DNA from: Candidatus Acetothermia bacterium
GTDB lineage: Bacteria; Bipolaricaulota; Bipolaricaulia; M55B111
Reading direction: 5' to 3'
DNA: 57,662 nt
Assembly: GCA_046543235.1 (NCBI GenBank)
Contig: JBKGZT010000001.1
Coordinates: 1-57,662, forward strand
Below, in pieces: positions 19,614 through 30,131 of the stretch. The notes below the pieces were generated by a model that saw nothing but the letters and a program-made list of their open reading frames with translations, was not told where the DNA came from and did no database searches. Position 1 is the stretch's first letter, and each line of letters starts with the position of its first letter. The position numbers were made by a program, and so were the translations under genes.

Positions 19614-20141
19614 ATGAAAGTTAGAATAGAAGAAAGGCACATGGAACAAAGTGATCCCCTGAGGGAATACGCAATTAACAAGGCCGAAGACCTGGAAAGG
19701 TTTTTTGACGGCATAATCAGCGTAGAAATTACGATGGACGTGGAAAAGGAGAGAAGGATCGTCAAGGTGTTTGCGCACCTGATAAATAAGAAGATAGTCA
19801 AATCAACTGCCAAGTCCGACGACATGTACGTGTCGATAGATAGCGCCATGGACAAGATCGAGAGGCAGCTGAAAAAGTATAACGAGAAACTCAAGGACAA
19901 ACACAAAGGGGAGATCCCTCCCTGGGAGGAAACGGAAGGATCCCCCGGAAAGGTCGATAATGGGGAAATCGTCAGAACCGATCTCTACGTGAAAAAACCC
20001 ATGGCACCGGATGAAGCGGCTATGCAACTGGAGTCATATAAACAAGAATTCCTGGTATTCAGGAATTCAAATAACGACAAACTCAACATAATTTACCACC
20101 GGGATGACGGAAAGTACGGTTTAATCGACCCGCGTATTTAG
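19614..20141 (+). CDS. hpf: Ribosome hibernation promoting factor (long HPF)
   Basis: S30AE-type N-terminal domain plus a C-terminal dimerisation domain (KKPMAPDEAAMQLESYKQEFLVFRNSNNDKLNIIYHRDDGKYGLI). Internal ATG 19614 chosen over TTG 19581. Confidence 0.85.
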   Translation: MKVRIEERHMEQSDPLREYAINKAEDLERFFDGIISVEITMDVEKERRIVKVFAHLINKKIVKSTAKSDDMYVSIDSAMDKIERQLKKYNEKLKDKHKGEIPPWEETEGSPGKVDNGEIVRTDLYVKKPMAPDEAAMQLESYKQEFLVFRNSNNDKLNIIYHRDDGKYGLIDPRI

Positions 20142-20190
20142 GTTAACTTTATAGGAGCCTGCAGTTTCCCGCCCGACAGGAGCAATCACA

Positions 20191-21204
20191 ATGGCAGAGG
20201 CCGTTGCCCTTTACTCCGGTAGTCTTTCCAGTTCCGTAGCGACGGAGCTGGCTGTAAACCATAGCTCTCTGGACCGGGTTATAGTGCTTACTCTGCGTTC
20301 ACCGTTCTTCGCGAAGTTCGACAGGGTAAAAGAGCTGGCCGAGACGCTCTGGCCCGGGACGCGTTTTCGCAGTAAGTCCATAAAGAAAAAGACGGGCCGA
20401 ATAGGGGGATTCGAGAGGCCGGGATCGAACGACCGAAAGACCTATTGTTCGAAGTGTCAGGCGATCCTTCTGGAAACGGGCAGGGATTTCCTCGACGGGA
20501 TCGGGGCGGATTTCCTGGTATCGGGAGAAATGATAGGACCTGGAGAGAATACTCCCCCGCAGAAGCTTGATGGGATAGACAGAAAGGTGGGACTGGAGGG
20601 GAGGGTATACCGGCCTTTATCTTCTGCTGGATTACCCCAGACCGTACCCGAGAAGAACGGCTGGATGCCGGGGAAGGACGAGCTAACGGAGGTTAAAATT
20701 CGGAGAATCCGGGATGACCTCGAGAGGCGAAAAAGGGCAAAGGATCAGGGCTTCCTGGCGGCCGAAGACAGGTGCAAGTTGACCCGGGGACGATACCGCA
20801 GGAGGTTGAAGGACTTGCTCCGGGAAGAAGAGTTTAACGTCAATGACATCAGCCTGCTGGATTTCGAGAACTATTACAAGATTCCTCCGGATACGAAAGT
20901 AGTTTTGGGTAAAGGCCCCGAGGGCAAAAGGAGACTGCATAATTACTTTCTACCTCAGGATCTCCGCTTTTACCTCCCGACCCGGGAAGGTCCGATGGCG
21001 CTGGTTCGATCGGGATTAAAAGGTGAAGCTAACGGCGAGGGTCGAGAGGTCGTAAAGCTGGCCGCCCGGATTACCGCTGGCGGGTGTGAGGAGGTCGAAG
21101 ACGGAAAGGTCGAGGTCAACTATCGATTCGAGCACCAGGACGAAACTTACCGTCTGATGGTTTCCCCGATGGACGAGGAAAGGTTGTGCGAGTACAGGTT
21201 GTGA
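20191..21204 (+). CDS. ThiI/MnmA-like PP-loop superfamily protein with a degenerate PP-loop, function unknown
   Basis: N-terminus AVALYSGSLSSSVAT occupies the position of the SGGxDS PP-loop. CSKCQAILLE...FLVSGEMIG...YRPLS resembles the ThiI C-terminal core. 337 aa. Confidence 0.5.
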   Translation: MAEAVALYSGSLSSSVATELAVNHSSLDRVIVLTLRSPFFAKFDRVKELAETLWPGTRFRSKSIKKKTGRIGGFERPGSNDRKTYCSKCQAILLETGRDFLDGIGADFLVSGEMIGPGENTPPQKLDGIDRKVGLEGRVYRPLSSAGLPQTVPEKNGWMPGKDELTEVKIRRIRDDLERRKRAKDQGFLAAEDRCKLTRGRYRRRLKDLLREEEFNVNDISLLDFENYYKIPPDTKVVLGKGPEGKRRLHNYFLPQDLRFYLPTREGPMALVRSGLKGEANGEGREVVKLAARITAGGCEEVEDGKVEVNYRFEHQDETYRLMVSPMDEERLCEYRL

Positions 21205-21228
21205 ATACTTCTTAAGCAGGGTGAAAAC

Positions 21229-23265
21229 GTGAAGAAACACGAGGAACTGCTCGAAGAGCTCAACTCCGGACAGGTCGATGCCGTTACCCATTATGAAGGG
21301 CCATTGCTCGTCCTATCCGGTGCCGGGAGCGGGAAAACGAGGGTTATCACGCACAGGATTGGCTACCTGATCGAGGCTTATGGGGTTAGCCCAGAAAGGA
21401 TCCTGGGCCTCACTTTTACCAATAAGGCTTCGGAGGAGATGGACGCGAGGCTAAAGGAACTTTTGTCAGGGCAAATGGAGGATGGTTCTCCCTGGTTGGG
21501 GACGTTTCACGCGCTTGGGGCGGAGTTCCTGCGTCGGTACGCGAATAGGCTGGATCGGGGCTATGACCGTTACTTTACCATCTACGACGATTCGGACCAG
21601 AAGGAAGCGATCAAAGAAGTGATGGTTGACCTGGATATATCGACGGAGGAATTTCAGCCGGGAATGATCCGGTCGTTTATAGACGATGCCAAGAACGAGT
21701 TGATCGGTCCGGAAGAGTTCCGGTCGGAGATGGCGGGGGAGCTTGACGATTATATGCTGAGGACGGTGGATAGGGTCTATAGAGGTTACCAGAACAAGCT
21801 GGAGGAGTGGAATGGTCTCGATTTTGGCGACTTGATCCGAGTTCCCGCCGAACTGATGAAAGAGGATCGGGAGCTGGTTCGGGCCTGGAGGAAGAAGTTC
21901 AAGTTTCTGCTGGTGGATGAGTACCAGGATACGAATCATGCCCAGTACGTTATGGCCAACCAGCTGGCAAAGCCCGAAAACAATATCTGTGTTGTCGGCG
22001 ACGACGATCAGGCGATATTTGGCTGGCGGGGGGCGGACGTAAGTAACATCCTGGAATTCGAGGAGGACTTCCCGGAGGCCAGAGTCGTGAACCTTTCCCG
22101 GAACTATCGGTCCAGGAAACCGATACTGAGGGCGGCAAATAGCGTAATTAGCAACAACCAGTTCAGGAAGTCGAAGGAGATGGAACCGAGCCGGGGCGAG
22201 GGGGAATCGCTTTGCCTATACCGGGCTGAGGACGAGGAGGACGAAGCAGACTTCCTTGCCCGACGTGTAAAGGAGCTGCGACGGAAAGGAGTTGAACTCG
22301 GAGAGATAGCAATTTTATATCGGGTAAATCCGCTTTCGCGAGGGATAGAGAAGAGGCTGGTCGAAGCAGGGGTCCCTTACGAGATCGTTCGCGGAACACG
22401 ATTCTACGAGAGAAAGGAGATAAAAGACGTGCTGGCGTATCTGAGGGTTATGTGTAATCCCCATGACGATCTCCACCTGATGCGGGTGATAAATACTCCG
22501 AGGAGAGGGATTGGGAAAAAGACACAGGAAGCGGCCAGGGTTCGCGCCAGAGTGGAGGGTGATTCCATCTGGGACTTCCTCACCAGTTCCGAGGAGCCCG
22601 CAGAACTTTCCGGCCGTCAGCGGTCCCGACTAAACTCCTTTGTGGAGGTCATCCAGGGCCTGAGAGATCGGAGGGAGGAAGTGGAGCTGGTGGATTTCGT
22701 GAAGGAAGTTGTTTCTGAGATCGAGTACTTTTCCTATCTGGAAAAGGAGTACGATCCGAATTCCGCCGAGGACAGGAAGAACAACGTTAGGGAGCTCCTC
22801 GGGCAGCTCAAAGAGATGGATTCAGAGGAACTCGAGCTCGAAGACTTTCTGGAGAAAGTTGCTCTTGAGTCGGACGTAGACCAGTTTGAAGACAGGCGGG
22901 ATAAGGTGTCCCTGCTGACGCTGCATTCCGCGAAGGGCCTCGAATTCGGATACGTTTTTATGGTTGCCATGGAGGACGGCCTCCTTCCCCATAGGAGGTC
23001 CCTCGAGGAAGGGGGGCTGGAGGAGGAAAGGCGCCTCTGTTACGTCGGATTGACTCGGGCAAAAGAGAAGGTGTTTCTTAGTTACGCCGACAGCCGTTTC
23101 CTCTACGGACAGCGGTATAACGATCCTCCTTCCCGTTTTCTAGGTGAAATACCCGACCAGGAGATAGAACGGGCAGGCGAGATCCCTGTCCGGACGAGCG
23201 GTGGACCGAAAGCAACAAAGGTCCGGAGTCGTAGTGAGGGTAGCTGGAAGGACTTTCTGGAATAA
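21229..23265 (+). CDS. pcrA: ATP-dependent DNA helicase, UvrD/PcrA family
   Basis: SF1 motifs GAGSGKTRV, LLVDEYQDTN, VGDDDQAIFGWRGA, NYRS, TLHSAKGLEF and CYVGLTRA. GTG start. Confidence 0.9.
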   Translation: MKKHEELLEELNSGQVDAVTHYEGPLLVLSGAGSGKTRVITHRIGYLIEAYGVSPERILGLTFTNKASEEMDARLKELLSGQMEDGSPWLGTFHALGAEFLRRYANRLDRGYDRYFTIYDDSDQKEAIKEVMVDLDISTEEFQPGMIRSFIDDAKNELIGPEEFRSEMAGELDDYMLRTVDRVYRGYQNKLEEWNGLDFGDLIRVPAELMKEDRELVRAWRKKFKFLLVDEYQDTNHAQYVMANQLAKPENNICVVGDDDQAIFGWRGADVSNILEFEEDFPEARVVNLSRNYRSRKPILRAANSVISNNQFRKSKEMEPSRGEGESLCLYRAEDEEDEADFLARRVKELRRKGVELGEIAILYRVNPLSRGIEKRLVEAGVPYEIVRGTRFYERKEIKDVLAYLRVMCNPHDDLHLMRVINTPRRGIGKKTQEAARVRARVEGDSIWDFLTSSEEPAELSGRQRSRLNSFVEVIQGLRDRREEVELVDFVKEVVSEIEYFSYLEKEYDPNSAEDRKNNVRELLGQLKEMDSEELELEDFLEKVALESDVDQFEDRRDKVSLLTLHSAKGLEFGYVFMVAMEDGLLPHRRSLEEGGLEEERRLCYVGLTRAKEKVFLSYADSRFLYGQRYNDPPSRFLGEIPDQEIERAGEIPVRTSGGPKATKVRSRSEGSWKDFLE

Positions 23266-23266
23266 G

Positions 23267-23294
23267 TTGAAATGACCGCCCCCTTCCTTATAAT
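23267..23294 (+). promoter_or_regulatory. Candidate sigma70-type promoter
   Basis: TTGAAA (23267-23272), 16-nt spacer, TATAAT (23289-23294). It would give a ~170-nt leader to the zinc-ribbon gene. Confidence 0.3.
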
Positions 23295-23471
23295 TGGTGA
23301 GCAGTTCGTATTAGATCAAGGTTTTTATGTTTCTTTATTCTTATCCAGAACCAAATAGCCAACCAAAATCCAGGGTACGGACGGGTGGTTAAATAGAGTT
23401 ATTCGTGGGTAACGATCCCGGAGCTGGTAACTGGTTAGGTAAGATAGGTTTTATGGACGGTGGAGGGAGTT

Positions 23472-23759
23472 ATGCCATTATACAAGTATCGCTGTAATGA
23501 ATGTGATAACACCTTTAGGGTATTGCGGAAGAACGGCAAAAAAGACGAAATACCGGAGTGTCCCGAATGTGGGAGCACCGATGTAGAGAGGTTAATTTCG
23601 AGCGTCGGTTTGAGGTTCAAGGGGAACGGGTTTTACCGGACCGATTACGATAACAATTCCAGTTACAAGGACAATGGAGGGAAAAACGAGGACTCCGGAA
23701 GCGGTAACGGTTCGAAAAATCAGGGTGAGGCACAGGAATCGAGTTCGGGTGAGGTTTAA
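23472..23759 (+). CDS. FmdB-family zinc-ribbon protein
   Basis: MPLYKYRCNECDNTF...CPECGS (CxxC-x18-CxxC) followed by a low-complexity Gly/Ser/Asn tail. GGAGG SD 5 nt upstream of ATG 23472. Confidence 0.8.
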   Translation: MPLYKYRCNECDNTFRVLRKNGKKDEIPECPECGSTDVERLISSVGLRFKGNGFYRTDYDNNSSYKDNGGKNEDSGSGNGSKNQGEAQESSSGEV

Positions 23760-24105
23760 GAACGCTGTAAAAGTTATATTGGGAAGGAATTGTGGGACTC
23801 CGCGCCACTGAACTCGAGTACCGAATTTTGGGCGGTAAATTTCGGTTGTTTTAGGTGTAATGCCAAGTGAGGGGGTAGTAATTTTTCGATTTTCTAACTC
23901 TTACCTCTACCGACAATTAATTATTCGCAGCTTGCTGGCGCCCGCTGGAGCTGGGTTGACCCAGTTCGGGGCGTTAATCCTCCCAATTTTCAGTGGAATC
24001 CCTAATGACAGTTTGTAAAAGCTTTTCTAGCGGGCGGTAAAGTTGGCTTTATCCGTATCTAATTCCGAATTAAAGTCCTCCTGTTCGATTATTTATCGGT
24101 TTTAA

Positions 24106-24135
24106 GGAAGTTATTGGCCCTCACCGGAAGTTATT
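24106..24135 (+). repeat. Phased 10-bp direct repeat GGAAGTTATT x2 upstream of rpoC
   Basis: Exact copies at 24106-24115 and 24126-24135 (20-bp period), 46-75 nt upstream of the rpoC ATG. Confidence 0.5.
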
Positions 24136-24180
24136 CTTTTCTGGATGGATTGTTTTAACTTTGTAAAGAGGTGATTATGG

Positions 24181-27100
24181 ATGTTGTCGGGTGACGATAT
24201 CGAAGAAGTAAAATTGATGTTTGCTTCTCCCGAGGAGATCAGAGGTTGGTCTCATGGTGAAGTTACGGAATCGGAGACGATAAATTACCGGACGCACAAA
24301 CCCGAGAAAGGTGGGTTGTACGCGGAAGAAATATTTGGCCCCGAAGAAGATTATAAGTGCGCTTGCGGTAAGTACGAGGGAAAGAAGTACGAGGGGATAA
24401 CCTGCGAAAAGTGCGGCGTGCTTGTTACCGATTCTTCCGTAAGGCGGAAAAACATGGGTCACATAGAGCTGGCAAGTCCGGTAATTCATTTCTGGTTTTT
24501 GAAGGGGATATCCAGTCCATTAAGCAAATTGCTGGATATAAAGAAAAAGACTTTACGTAAAATAGCCTACTACGAAGCCGAAACCACTCTCGAGGACATC
24601 TATATAGTTACCTCCTCCGAAGGGGAAACTCTCAGGGAAGGCGAAAGGCTTTACAGTTCCGAACTCGATATTCTATCCCGACATCTCGACTTCGAAACCG
24701 AAAACGGGATGGTTATAAACGAAGCCCCGAAGCTTACCGCCGGTGAATCCGGAGAGGTCGAAATCGAGCACAAAAAGCTCCAGAACGGTGAGGGGGTAAC
24801 TCTGGTACGGGTCGGGGAGGAAGAGTACCCCGTAGCGGAGGACGTGATTCTGGAGGTCAGCGAAGGCGATTCGGTGGAGGAAGGAGAGCTGATAGCGGAG
24901 ACCCCGGTCGGTGAGGTTTGTTCGGAGACCTTCCTCGACATGGCCAAGTCTCGTTACGGGGAGGAGATCGAGTCCGAACCGGCAGAAGAAGAGATCGATA
25001 ACCTCGCCTTTCTCGTTACCTCCGTAGAAGACGAAGAAGTACCCCTGGAGGTGGGGCAGAAGATCACCCAGCTGGGCAAAGAGGCCTACGAGAGGTTGTA
25101 TCCCGCTGGCTTTACGGCTCATACCGGTGCAAAGGGGATAAAAGGGCTGCTGGAAAACATCGACCTGGAAGAATTGAGCGAGAAGCTCAGCAACCGACTG
25201 GACAAGGAGACTTCCAAGACCGCCAGGAACAAGCTGTCCAAGCGGCTGAGCGTGATGGAAAAGTTGAGGGATTCCGGAAACTCCTCGGACGACATCGCAC
25301 TGGAAGCCATTCCCGTTTTGCCGCCCGACCTCAGACCTATCGTTCACCTGGAGGGCGGGAAATTCGCCACCACCGATCTAAACGACCTCTATCGAAGAAT
25401 AATAAACAGAAACAACCGGCTAAAGCGGCTTGAGGATATGGGGGCACCGGAGGTGATCCTGCGAAACGAGCGCAGGATGCTCCAGGAATCCGTCGACGCT
25501 CTCATCCACAACGAGAAGAAAAACACCCCCATTCAGGGGAAGGACGATCGACCGCTTAAGTCTCTATCGGACAGGATTTCCGGCAAGCACGGGAGGCTGC
25601 GGCGGAACTTGCTGGGAAGGCGGGTAGATTATTCGGGACGTGCCGTGATAGTGGTTGACCCCGAGCTGAAACTCTGGGAGTGCGGAGTCCCGAAGAAGAT
25701 GGCCCTTGAGCTTTTCAAGCCCTTCGTGACTAGATACCTGGACGACACTACCTATTCGGATTTCAACGAAGTGAAGAACAAAGCTCTGTCCGGGGACATG
25801 CCGGAAGTCTGGGATTACCTAGAGGAATTGATGGAGGAGAGGCCCGTTTTACTCAACCGTGCACCCACTCTCCACAGATTGGGGATAGAGGCATTCGAAC
25901 CGAAGCTGGTCGAGGGAGATGCGATTCATATCCATCCTCATGTCTGCCCACCCTACAACGCTGACTTCGACGGGGATCAGATGGCAATACACCTGCCCTT
26001 AACCCGTGAAGCGGTGGAGGAATCCAGGGATATTATGCTTTCCTCGAGAAACCTGCTCTCGCCTGCCTACGGGGGTCCCCTGACTAAGCCGACACAGGAC
26101 CAGATATACGCTTACTACTACCTGACTGAAGTCGACGAGGAGGGAAAAGGCAATGGGAAGTTCTTCGCCAGCCTGCAGGAGGCGAAGAGAGCCTATAACA
26201 ACGACGTAATCAGCCTGCACGCCCCGGTAAAGATAAGGATAGACGGGGAGGTACGAGAAACCACTCTCGGCAGGGCTAAGCTCAACGATCTCTTCCCGAA
26301 GGACCTGCGGGATTACGACACCCGTTTTGAATCTTCGGACATTTCCGAGGTCCTGATGAAGGTCTACGAGGAATACGGAAACGAGAGGGTCGTCAGTCTG
26401 CTTGACGATCTGAAAGAACTCGGTTTCTCGGAAGCCACGAAGTCGGCCCTGACTATAGCTACCAAGGATTGTATCGAACCCGAGGAAAAATCGATGATCC
26501 TCGAACAGGCGAATGAAAGGGTCAACGAGGTAAACGAGATGTTCGACAAAGGTCTCGCTTCGGAAGAGGAAAGATCCTCGACCATCGTAGATGTCTGGAA
26601 CGAGACCGTCGATAGAGTAGAGGACGCGACGATGGACAACTACGCCAGGCACAAGTTCAACCCGCTCCAGATGATGGTAGGTTCGGGGGCGAGGGGAAGT
26701 GCCGATCAGGTCAAACAACTTGCGGGGATGAGAGGCCTCATGGCTGACCCTTCCGGGGACGTCATAGAGATGCCCGTCAAGTCGAACTTCCGGGAAGGAC
26801 TGGACATGATGGAGTACTTTATTTCCACTCACGGTGGTCGAAAAGGTACTGCGGATACGGCGTTGAAGACGGCCGATTCGGGCTACCTGACGCGACGTCT
26901 CGTCGAGGCGGTCTCGAACATAGTCGTCAGAGAGAAGGACTGTGAGACCAACCGGGGGCTGGAAATAGACCCGCTCCGGTACGGCGGTGGCGAAATGATG
27001 GAAGGCATAGAGGAAAGGGTCTATGGCAAGACGCTGGCCGAACCGGTAATAGATCCGGAGGACGGTTCTATCATGGGCGAGGAAGGAGAACTGGTTGGAG

Positions 27101-29154
27101 AGGAGCTTGCCGTCTCCCTGGCGGAAAAACGGGTAACGCTTAACCCGCTGGAGCTGGACCAGAAGGCGCGGGAGAGGATCGTGGGAACTAACAGCGTGAG
27201 CGACATCGAGGACCCGGATACGGGAAATGTCCTAGTCTCCAGGGACGAGACGATCGGTAGGTTCGAACTGGATAGGTTGGTGGAAAACGGCGTCGAAGAA
27301 ATCGAAGTTAGGCCGAACATAGTCGTTAGGTCTCCTGTTACCTGCGAGACGGAAAAAGGGGTCTGCCAGAAATGCTACGGCATGGACATGTCCAAGCACG
27401 AGATGGTCGAAGTCGGACTGGCTGCTGGAATTGTGGCCGCTCAGTCCATCGGCGAGCCCGGGACGCAGCTTACGATGAGGACCTTCCACTCCGGTGGTGT
27501 GGCAGGTGAAGATATCACCCAGGGTTTACCCCGAGCCGAGGAGCTCTTCGAAGCCCGAAAGACGACGAAGAGTGCACAGGCGACGATAACGGATATAGAA
27601 GGCCACGTTACCGAGATGAAGGATACGGAAGAAGGGAAGTTAATTGAAATAGAAGGAGAACTCCAGTCTCTGTCTATTCCTTCTTCCCTCTGTCTAGTCG
27701 AGCCCGAGGAAGAAGTGGACCTCTCCGATCTCGTCGACAATACGAGCCCGCACGCCGGAACGGTTAGGTTCGTGGAAGAGGACGGGCAGCCCACCATGTA
27801 CCTGTTGATGAGCAGGACGGATGCTTTTTATGAACTTCCCGATGGAATCGAAATCAACGTCGAAGGTGGGACTTACGTGGAGAAAGGGGACGTTTTGTCC
27901 GAAGAGCTCGAACTTCAGCAAGTCCACGCGAAGAAGAACGGTACGGTGGACAAGATCGACGGCGATCGCAACCTGATTACCCTGGTTGATGAAGAAGGGA
28001 ATTTCGTCGACCACTTGATCCCCCCGATGGCCAAACCGCTGGTCGAAGAAGGAGAAGGCGTAGAGGAAGGCGAAGAACTGATAGACGTAAAGAGTTCCGA
28101 CAAGCTGACCGCCGATAAATCAGGCCTTCTCGTCCAAACTGAGGACGCGGTAATTATCTTCCAGCCCGAAGACGGAAGGAAGCGAATCCCTCTGTCCGAG
28201 GCGATGGTTCCCGAGGTAGCAGACGGGGAGAAGGTGAAGAAGGGCAAAACCCTGTTTACCCTTGATAGGCCAAAGGACCGAAAGTTGGTCGTAGAATCAA
28301 TAGGGGAGGACGGTGAGGATTTCGTCCGGGTTAACTACCGGTACAGGGAGGAGACAGAAGTGACCCATTCCCCCGTTGTGGGACCCGGCGACAAAGTCAA
28401 GCCCGGCGAACAGCTTTCGAAAGGCGTTATCCCTCCCCATAACCTGCTAGAGAAGGCAGGAATGGAGAGGACTTACGAGTATCTGCTCACGGAAATCCAG
28501 AAGGTTTACAAGAGCCAGGGGGTCGACATCAACGACACCCACGTGGAGATAATAATTGCGCAGATGCTCAACAACGTCATCGTTACCAATAGAGGGGATT
28601 CCGACCTAACCCAGAACGAGTTGATCACTCTTGAAGAATTCCGTAACGTGGTCAAAGAATTGAGATCCGAGAACGAAAAGATCCGGGAACGCAGGAGGGA
28701 GATACTCGGGGAAGAAGTCTCGGAAGACGTCTACAGCGGCGGACACCTTATTGCCCGGGAAGGTGAGAGGGTTACGGAGAAACTGCTGAGGCACGCGACC
28801 CGGTCGAAGGTTGAGGAGCTTCCTCTGCTTATAGACGGCGAGATAGTAAAGCCGAGAATCCTGGAGTACGAACTCCCCGAAGGTGACAGGCAGTTGCTTA
28901 GGATATCCAAGTCCGCGCTGAAGACGAAGGGCTGGCTCTCGGCAGCCTCGTTCCAGAGAACTACCTCTACTTTGACCAATGCCGCTCTGAGCGGACAATC
29001 GGACAAGTTGAAGGGGTTAAAACCAAACATAATCGTGGGTAAGAAGGTCTCCGTGGGCACGGGTTTCGAACCTAAGGAAGATGAAGTTAGTTCCGAAGAA
29101 GAAAGCAAGGAAAGCGAGGACTCTTTGGCCCCCGTGGAATCCAGCTCAGCTTGA
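24181..29154 (+). CDS. rpoC: DNA-directed RNA polymerase subunit beta-prime (unusually large, 1657 aa)
   Basis: Zn ribbon CACGKY...[23 protein letters not shown], catalytic [10 protein letters not shown], trigger loop [37 protein letters not shown]. Confidence 0.97.
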   Translation: MLSGDDIEEVKLMFASPEEIRGWSHGEVTESETINYRTHKPEKGGLYAEEIFGPEEDYKCACGKYEGKKYEGITCEKCGVLVTDSSVRRKNMGHIELASPVIHFWFLKGISSPLSKLLDIKKKTLRKIAYYEAETTLEDIYIVTSSEGETLREGERLYSSELDILSRHLDFETENGMVINEAPKLTAGESGEVEIEHKKLQNGEGVTLVRVGEEEYPVAEDVILEVSEGDSVEEGELIAETPVGEVCSETFLDMAKSRYGEEIESEPAEEEIDNLAFLVTSVEDEEVPLEVGQKITQLGKEAYERLYPAGFTAHTGAKGIKGLLENIDLEELSEKLSNRLDKETSKTARNKLSKRLSVMEKLRDSGNSSDDIALEAIPVLPPDLRPIVHLEGGKFATTDLNDLYRRIINRNNRLKRLEDMGAPEVILRNERRMLQESVDALIHNEKKNTPIQGKDDRPLKSLSDRISGKHGRLRRNLLGRRVDYSGRAVIVVDPELKLWECGVPKKMALELFKPFVTRYLDDTTYSDFNEVKNKALSGDMPEVWDYLEELMEERPVLLNRAPTLHRLGIEAFEPKLVEGDAIHIHPHVCPPYNADFDGDQMAIHLPLTREAVEESRDIMLSSRNLLSPAYGGPLTKPTQDQIYAYYYLTEVDEEGKGNGKFFASLQEAKRAYNNDVISLHAPVKIRIDGEVRETTLGRAKLNDLFPKDLRDYDTRFESSDISEVLMKVYEEYGNERVVSLLDDLKELGFSEATKSALTIATKDCIEPEEKSMILEQANERVNEVNEMFDKGLASEEERSSTIVDVWNETVDRVEDATMDNYARHKFNPLQMMVGSGARGSADQVKQLAGMRGLMADPSGDVIEMPVKSNFREGLDMMEYFISTHGGRKGTADTALKTADSGYLTRRLVEAVSNIVVREKDCETNRGLEIDPLRYGGGEMMEGIEERVYGKTLAEPVIDPEDGSIMGEEGELVGEELAVSLAEKRVTLNPLELDQKARERIVGTNSVSDIEDPDTGNVLVSRDETIGRFELDRLVENGVEEIEVRPNIVVRSPVTCETEKGVCQKCYGMDMSKHEMVEVGLAAGIVAAQSIGEPGTQLTMRTFHSGGVAGEDITQGLPRAEELFEARKTTKSAQATITDIEGHVTEMKDTEEGKLIEIEGELQSLSIPSSLCLVEPEEEVDLSDLVDNTSPHAGTVRFVEEDGQPTMYLLMSRTDAFYELPDGIEINVEGGTYVEKGDVLSEELELQQVHAKKNGTVDKIDGDRNLITLVDEEGNFVDHLIPPMAKPLVEEGEGVEEGEELIDVKSSDKLTADKSGLLVQTEDAVIIFQPEDGRKRIPLSEAMVPEVADGEKVKKGKTLFTLDRPKDRKLVVESIGEDGEDFVRVNYRYREETEVTHSPVVGPGDKVKPGEQLSKGVIPPHNLLEKAGMERTYEYLLTEIQKVYKSQGVDINDTHVEIIIAQMLNNVIVTNRGDSDLTQNELITLEEFRNVVKELRSENEKIRERRREILGEEVSEDVYSGGHLIAREGERVTEKLLRHATRSKVEELPLLIDGEIVKPRILEYELPEGDRQLLRISKSALKTKGWLSAASFQRTTSTLTNAALSGQSDKLKGLKPNIIVGKKVSVGTGFEPKEDEVSSEEESKESEDSLAPVESSSA

Positions 29155-29179
29155 CAAGGTTAGGGGGCTAACTTATAAT
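29151..29179 (+). promoter_or_regulatory. Consensus sigma70 promoter for the str operon
   Basis: TTGACA (29151-29156, overlapping the rpoC TGA stop), exactly 17-nt spacer, TATAAT (29174-29179). AAGGAGTGGTGA SD follows before the rpsL ATG. Confidence 0.6.
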
Positions 29180-29213
29180 TGCTGGCACTTAAAAGGAGTG
29201 GTGACAAAAAGTT

Positions 29214-29585
29214 ATGCCGACGTTAAATCAGCTGGTCAGAAAAGGAAGGTCGTCGAAAAAGAAGAAGACTAGTTCACGGGCGCTTGACGGCTGTCCCCAG
29301 AAGCGAGGCGTGGTTACGAGAGTATACACCCGTACGCCGAAAAAGCCGAACTCCGCGCTAAGGAAGGTTGCCAGAGTTAGGTTGAGCAACGGCAAAGAAG
29401 TGACGGCATATATACCAGGCGAAGGACACGAGTTGCAGGAACACGCCGTAGTTTTGGTCCGAGGGGGACGTGTCAAGGATCTGCCCGGTGTGAGATATCA
29501 TATCGTTCGAGGTGCATATGACGTAACGGGCGTGGAAGGTAGAAAGCAAGGTCGTTCAAAATACGGAACCAAAAAGTCGAGCTAG
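29214..29585 (+). CDS. rpsL: 30S ribosomal protein S12
   Basis: [13 protein letters not shown]-terminus and [14 protein letters not shown] motif. Confidence 0.97.
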   Translation: MPTLNQLVRKGRSSKKKKTSSRALDGCPQKRGVVTRVYTRTPKKPNSALRKVARVRLSNGKEVTAYIPGEGHELQEHAVVLVRGGRVKDLPGVRYHIVRGAYDVTGVEGRKQGRSKYGTKKSS

Positions 29586-29597
29586 GAGGAAGGGTTA

Positions 29598-30056
29598 ATG
29601 GCACTGCCAGGACGCGACGTAAAGCCGGATATAAAACACGGTAGCAAGTTGGTAGGGAAGTTTGTTAACTATATAATGCAAGATGGGAAGAAGAACCGGG
29701 CCTACAAGATAATTTATAATGCTTTTTCATTAATCGAGGAAAGGGAAGGGGAGCCTGGGGTCAAGGTGTTTCGGGAAGCGATAGATAATATTTCGCCGGA
29801 ACTGGAGACGAGAAGCAGGAGAGTTGGGGGTGCCAATTACCAGGTTCCTTACGAAGTACCGCCTGCGAGGCAGGTGGCTCTCTCCCTTCGCTGGTTGGTT
29901 GAAGTGGCAATGGATAGAAACGAACCCCGGATAGAAGATCGCTTGGCAAACGAGATAATATTAGCCAGCAACAAGGAAGGGGAAGCTTACGAAAGAAAGC
30001 TTGAATCCCACCGACGTGCAGAGGCGAATAAGGCCTTTGCTCATTATCGCTGGTAA
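29598..30056 (+). CDS. rpsG: 30S ribosomal protein S7
   Basis: KFVNYIMQDGKKNRAYKIIYNAF and C-terminal RRAEANKAFAHYRW. Confidence 0.95.
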   Translation: MALPGRDVKPDIKHGSKLVGKFVNYIMQDGKKNRAYKIIYNAFSLIEEREGEPGVKVFREAIDNISPELETRSRRVGGANYQVPYEVPPARQVALSLRWLVEVAMDRNEPRIEDRLANEIILASNKEGEAYERKLESHRRAEANKAFAHYRW

Positions 30057-30131
30057 TCCTCGGCGATTCATTTAAATTTTGGTTTGTCTTTTTTTAATTA
30101 CTATTTTGTATGGCAACCCCTGAACGGTGTC

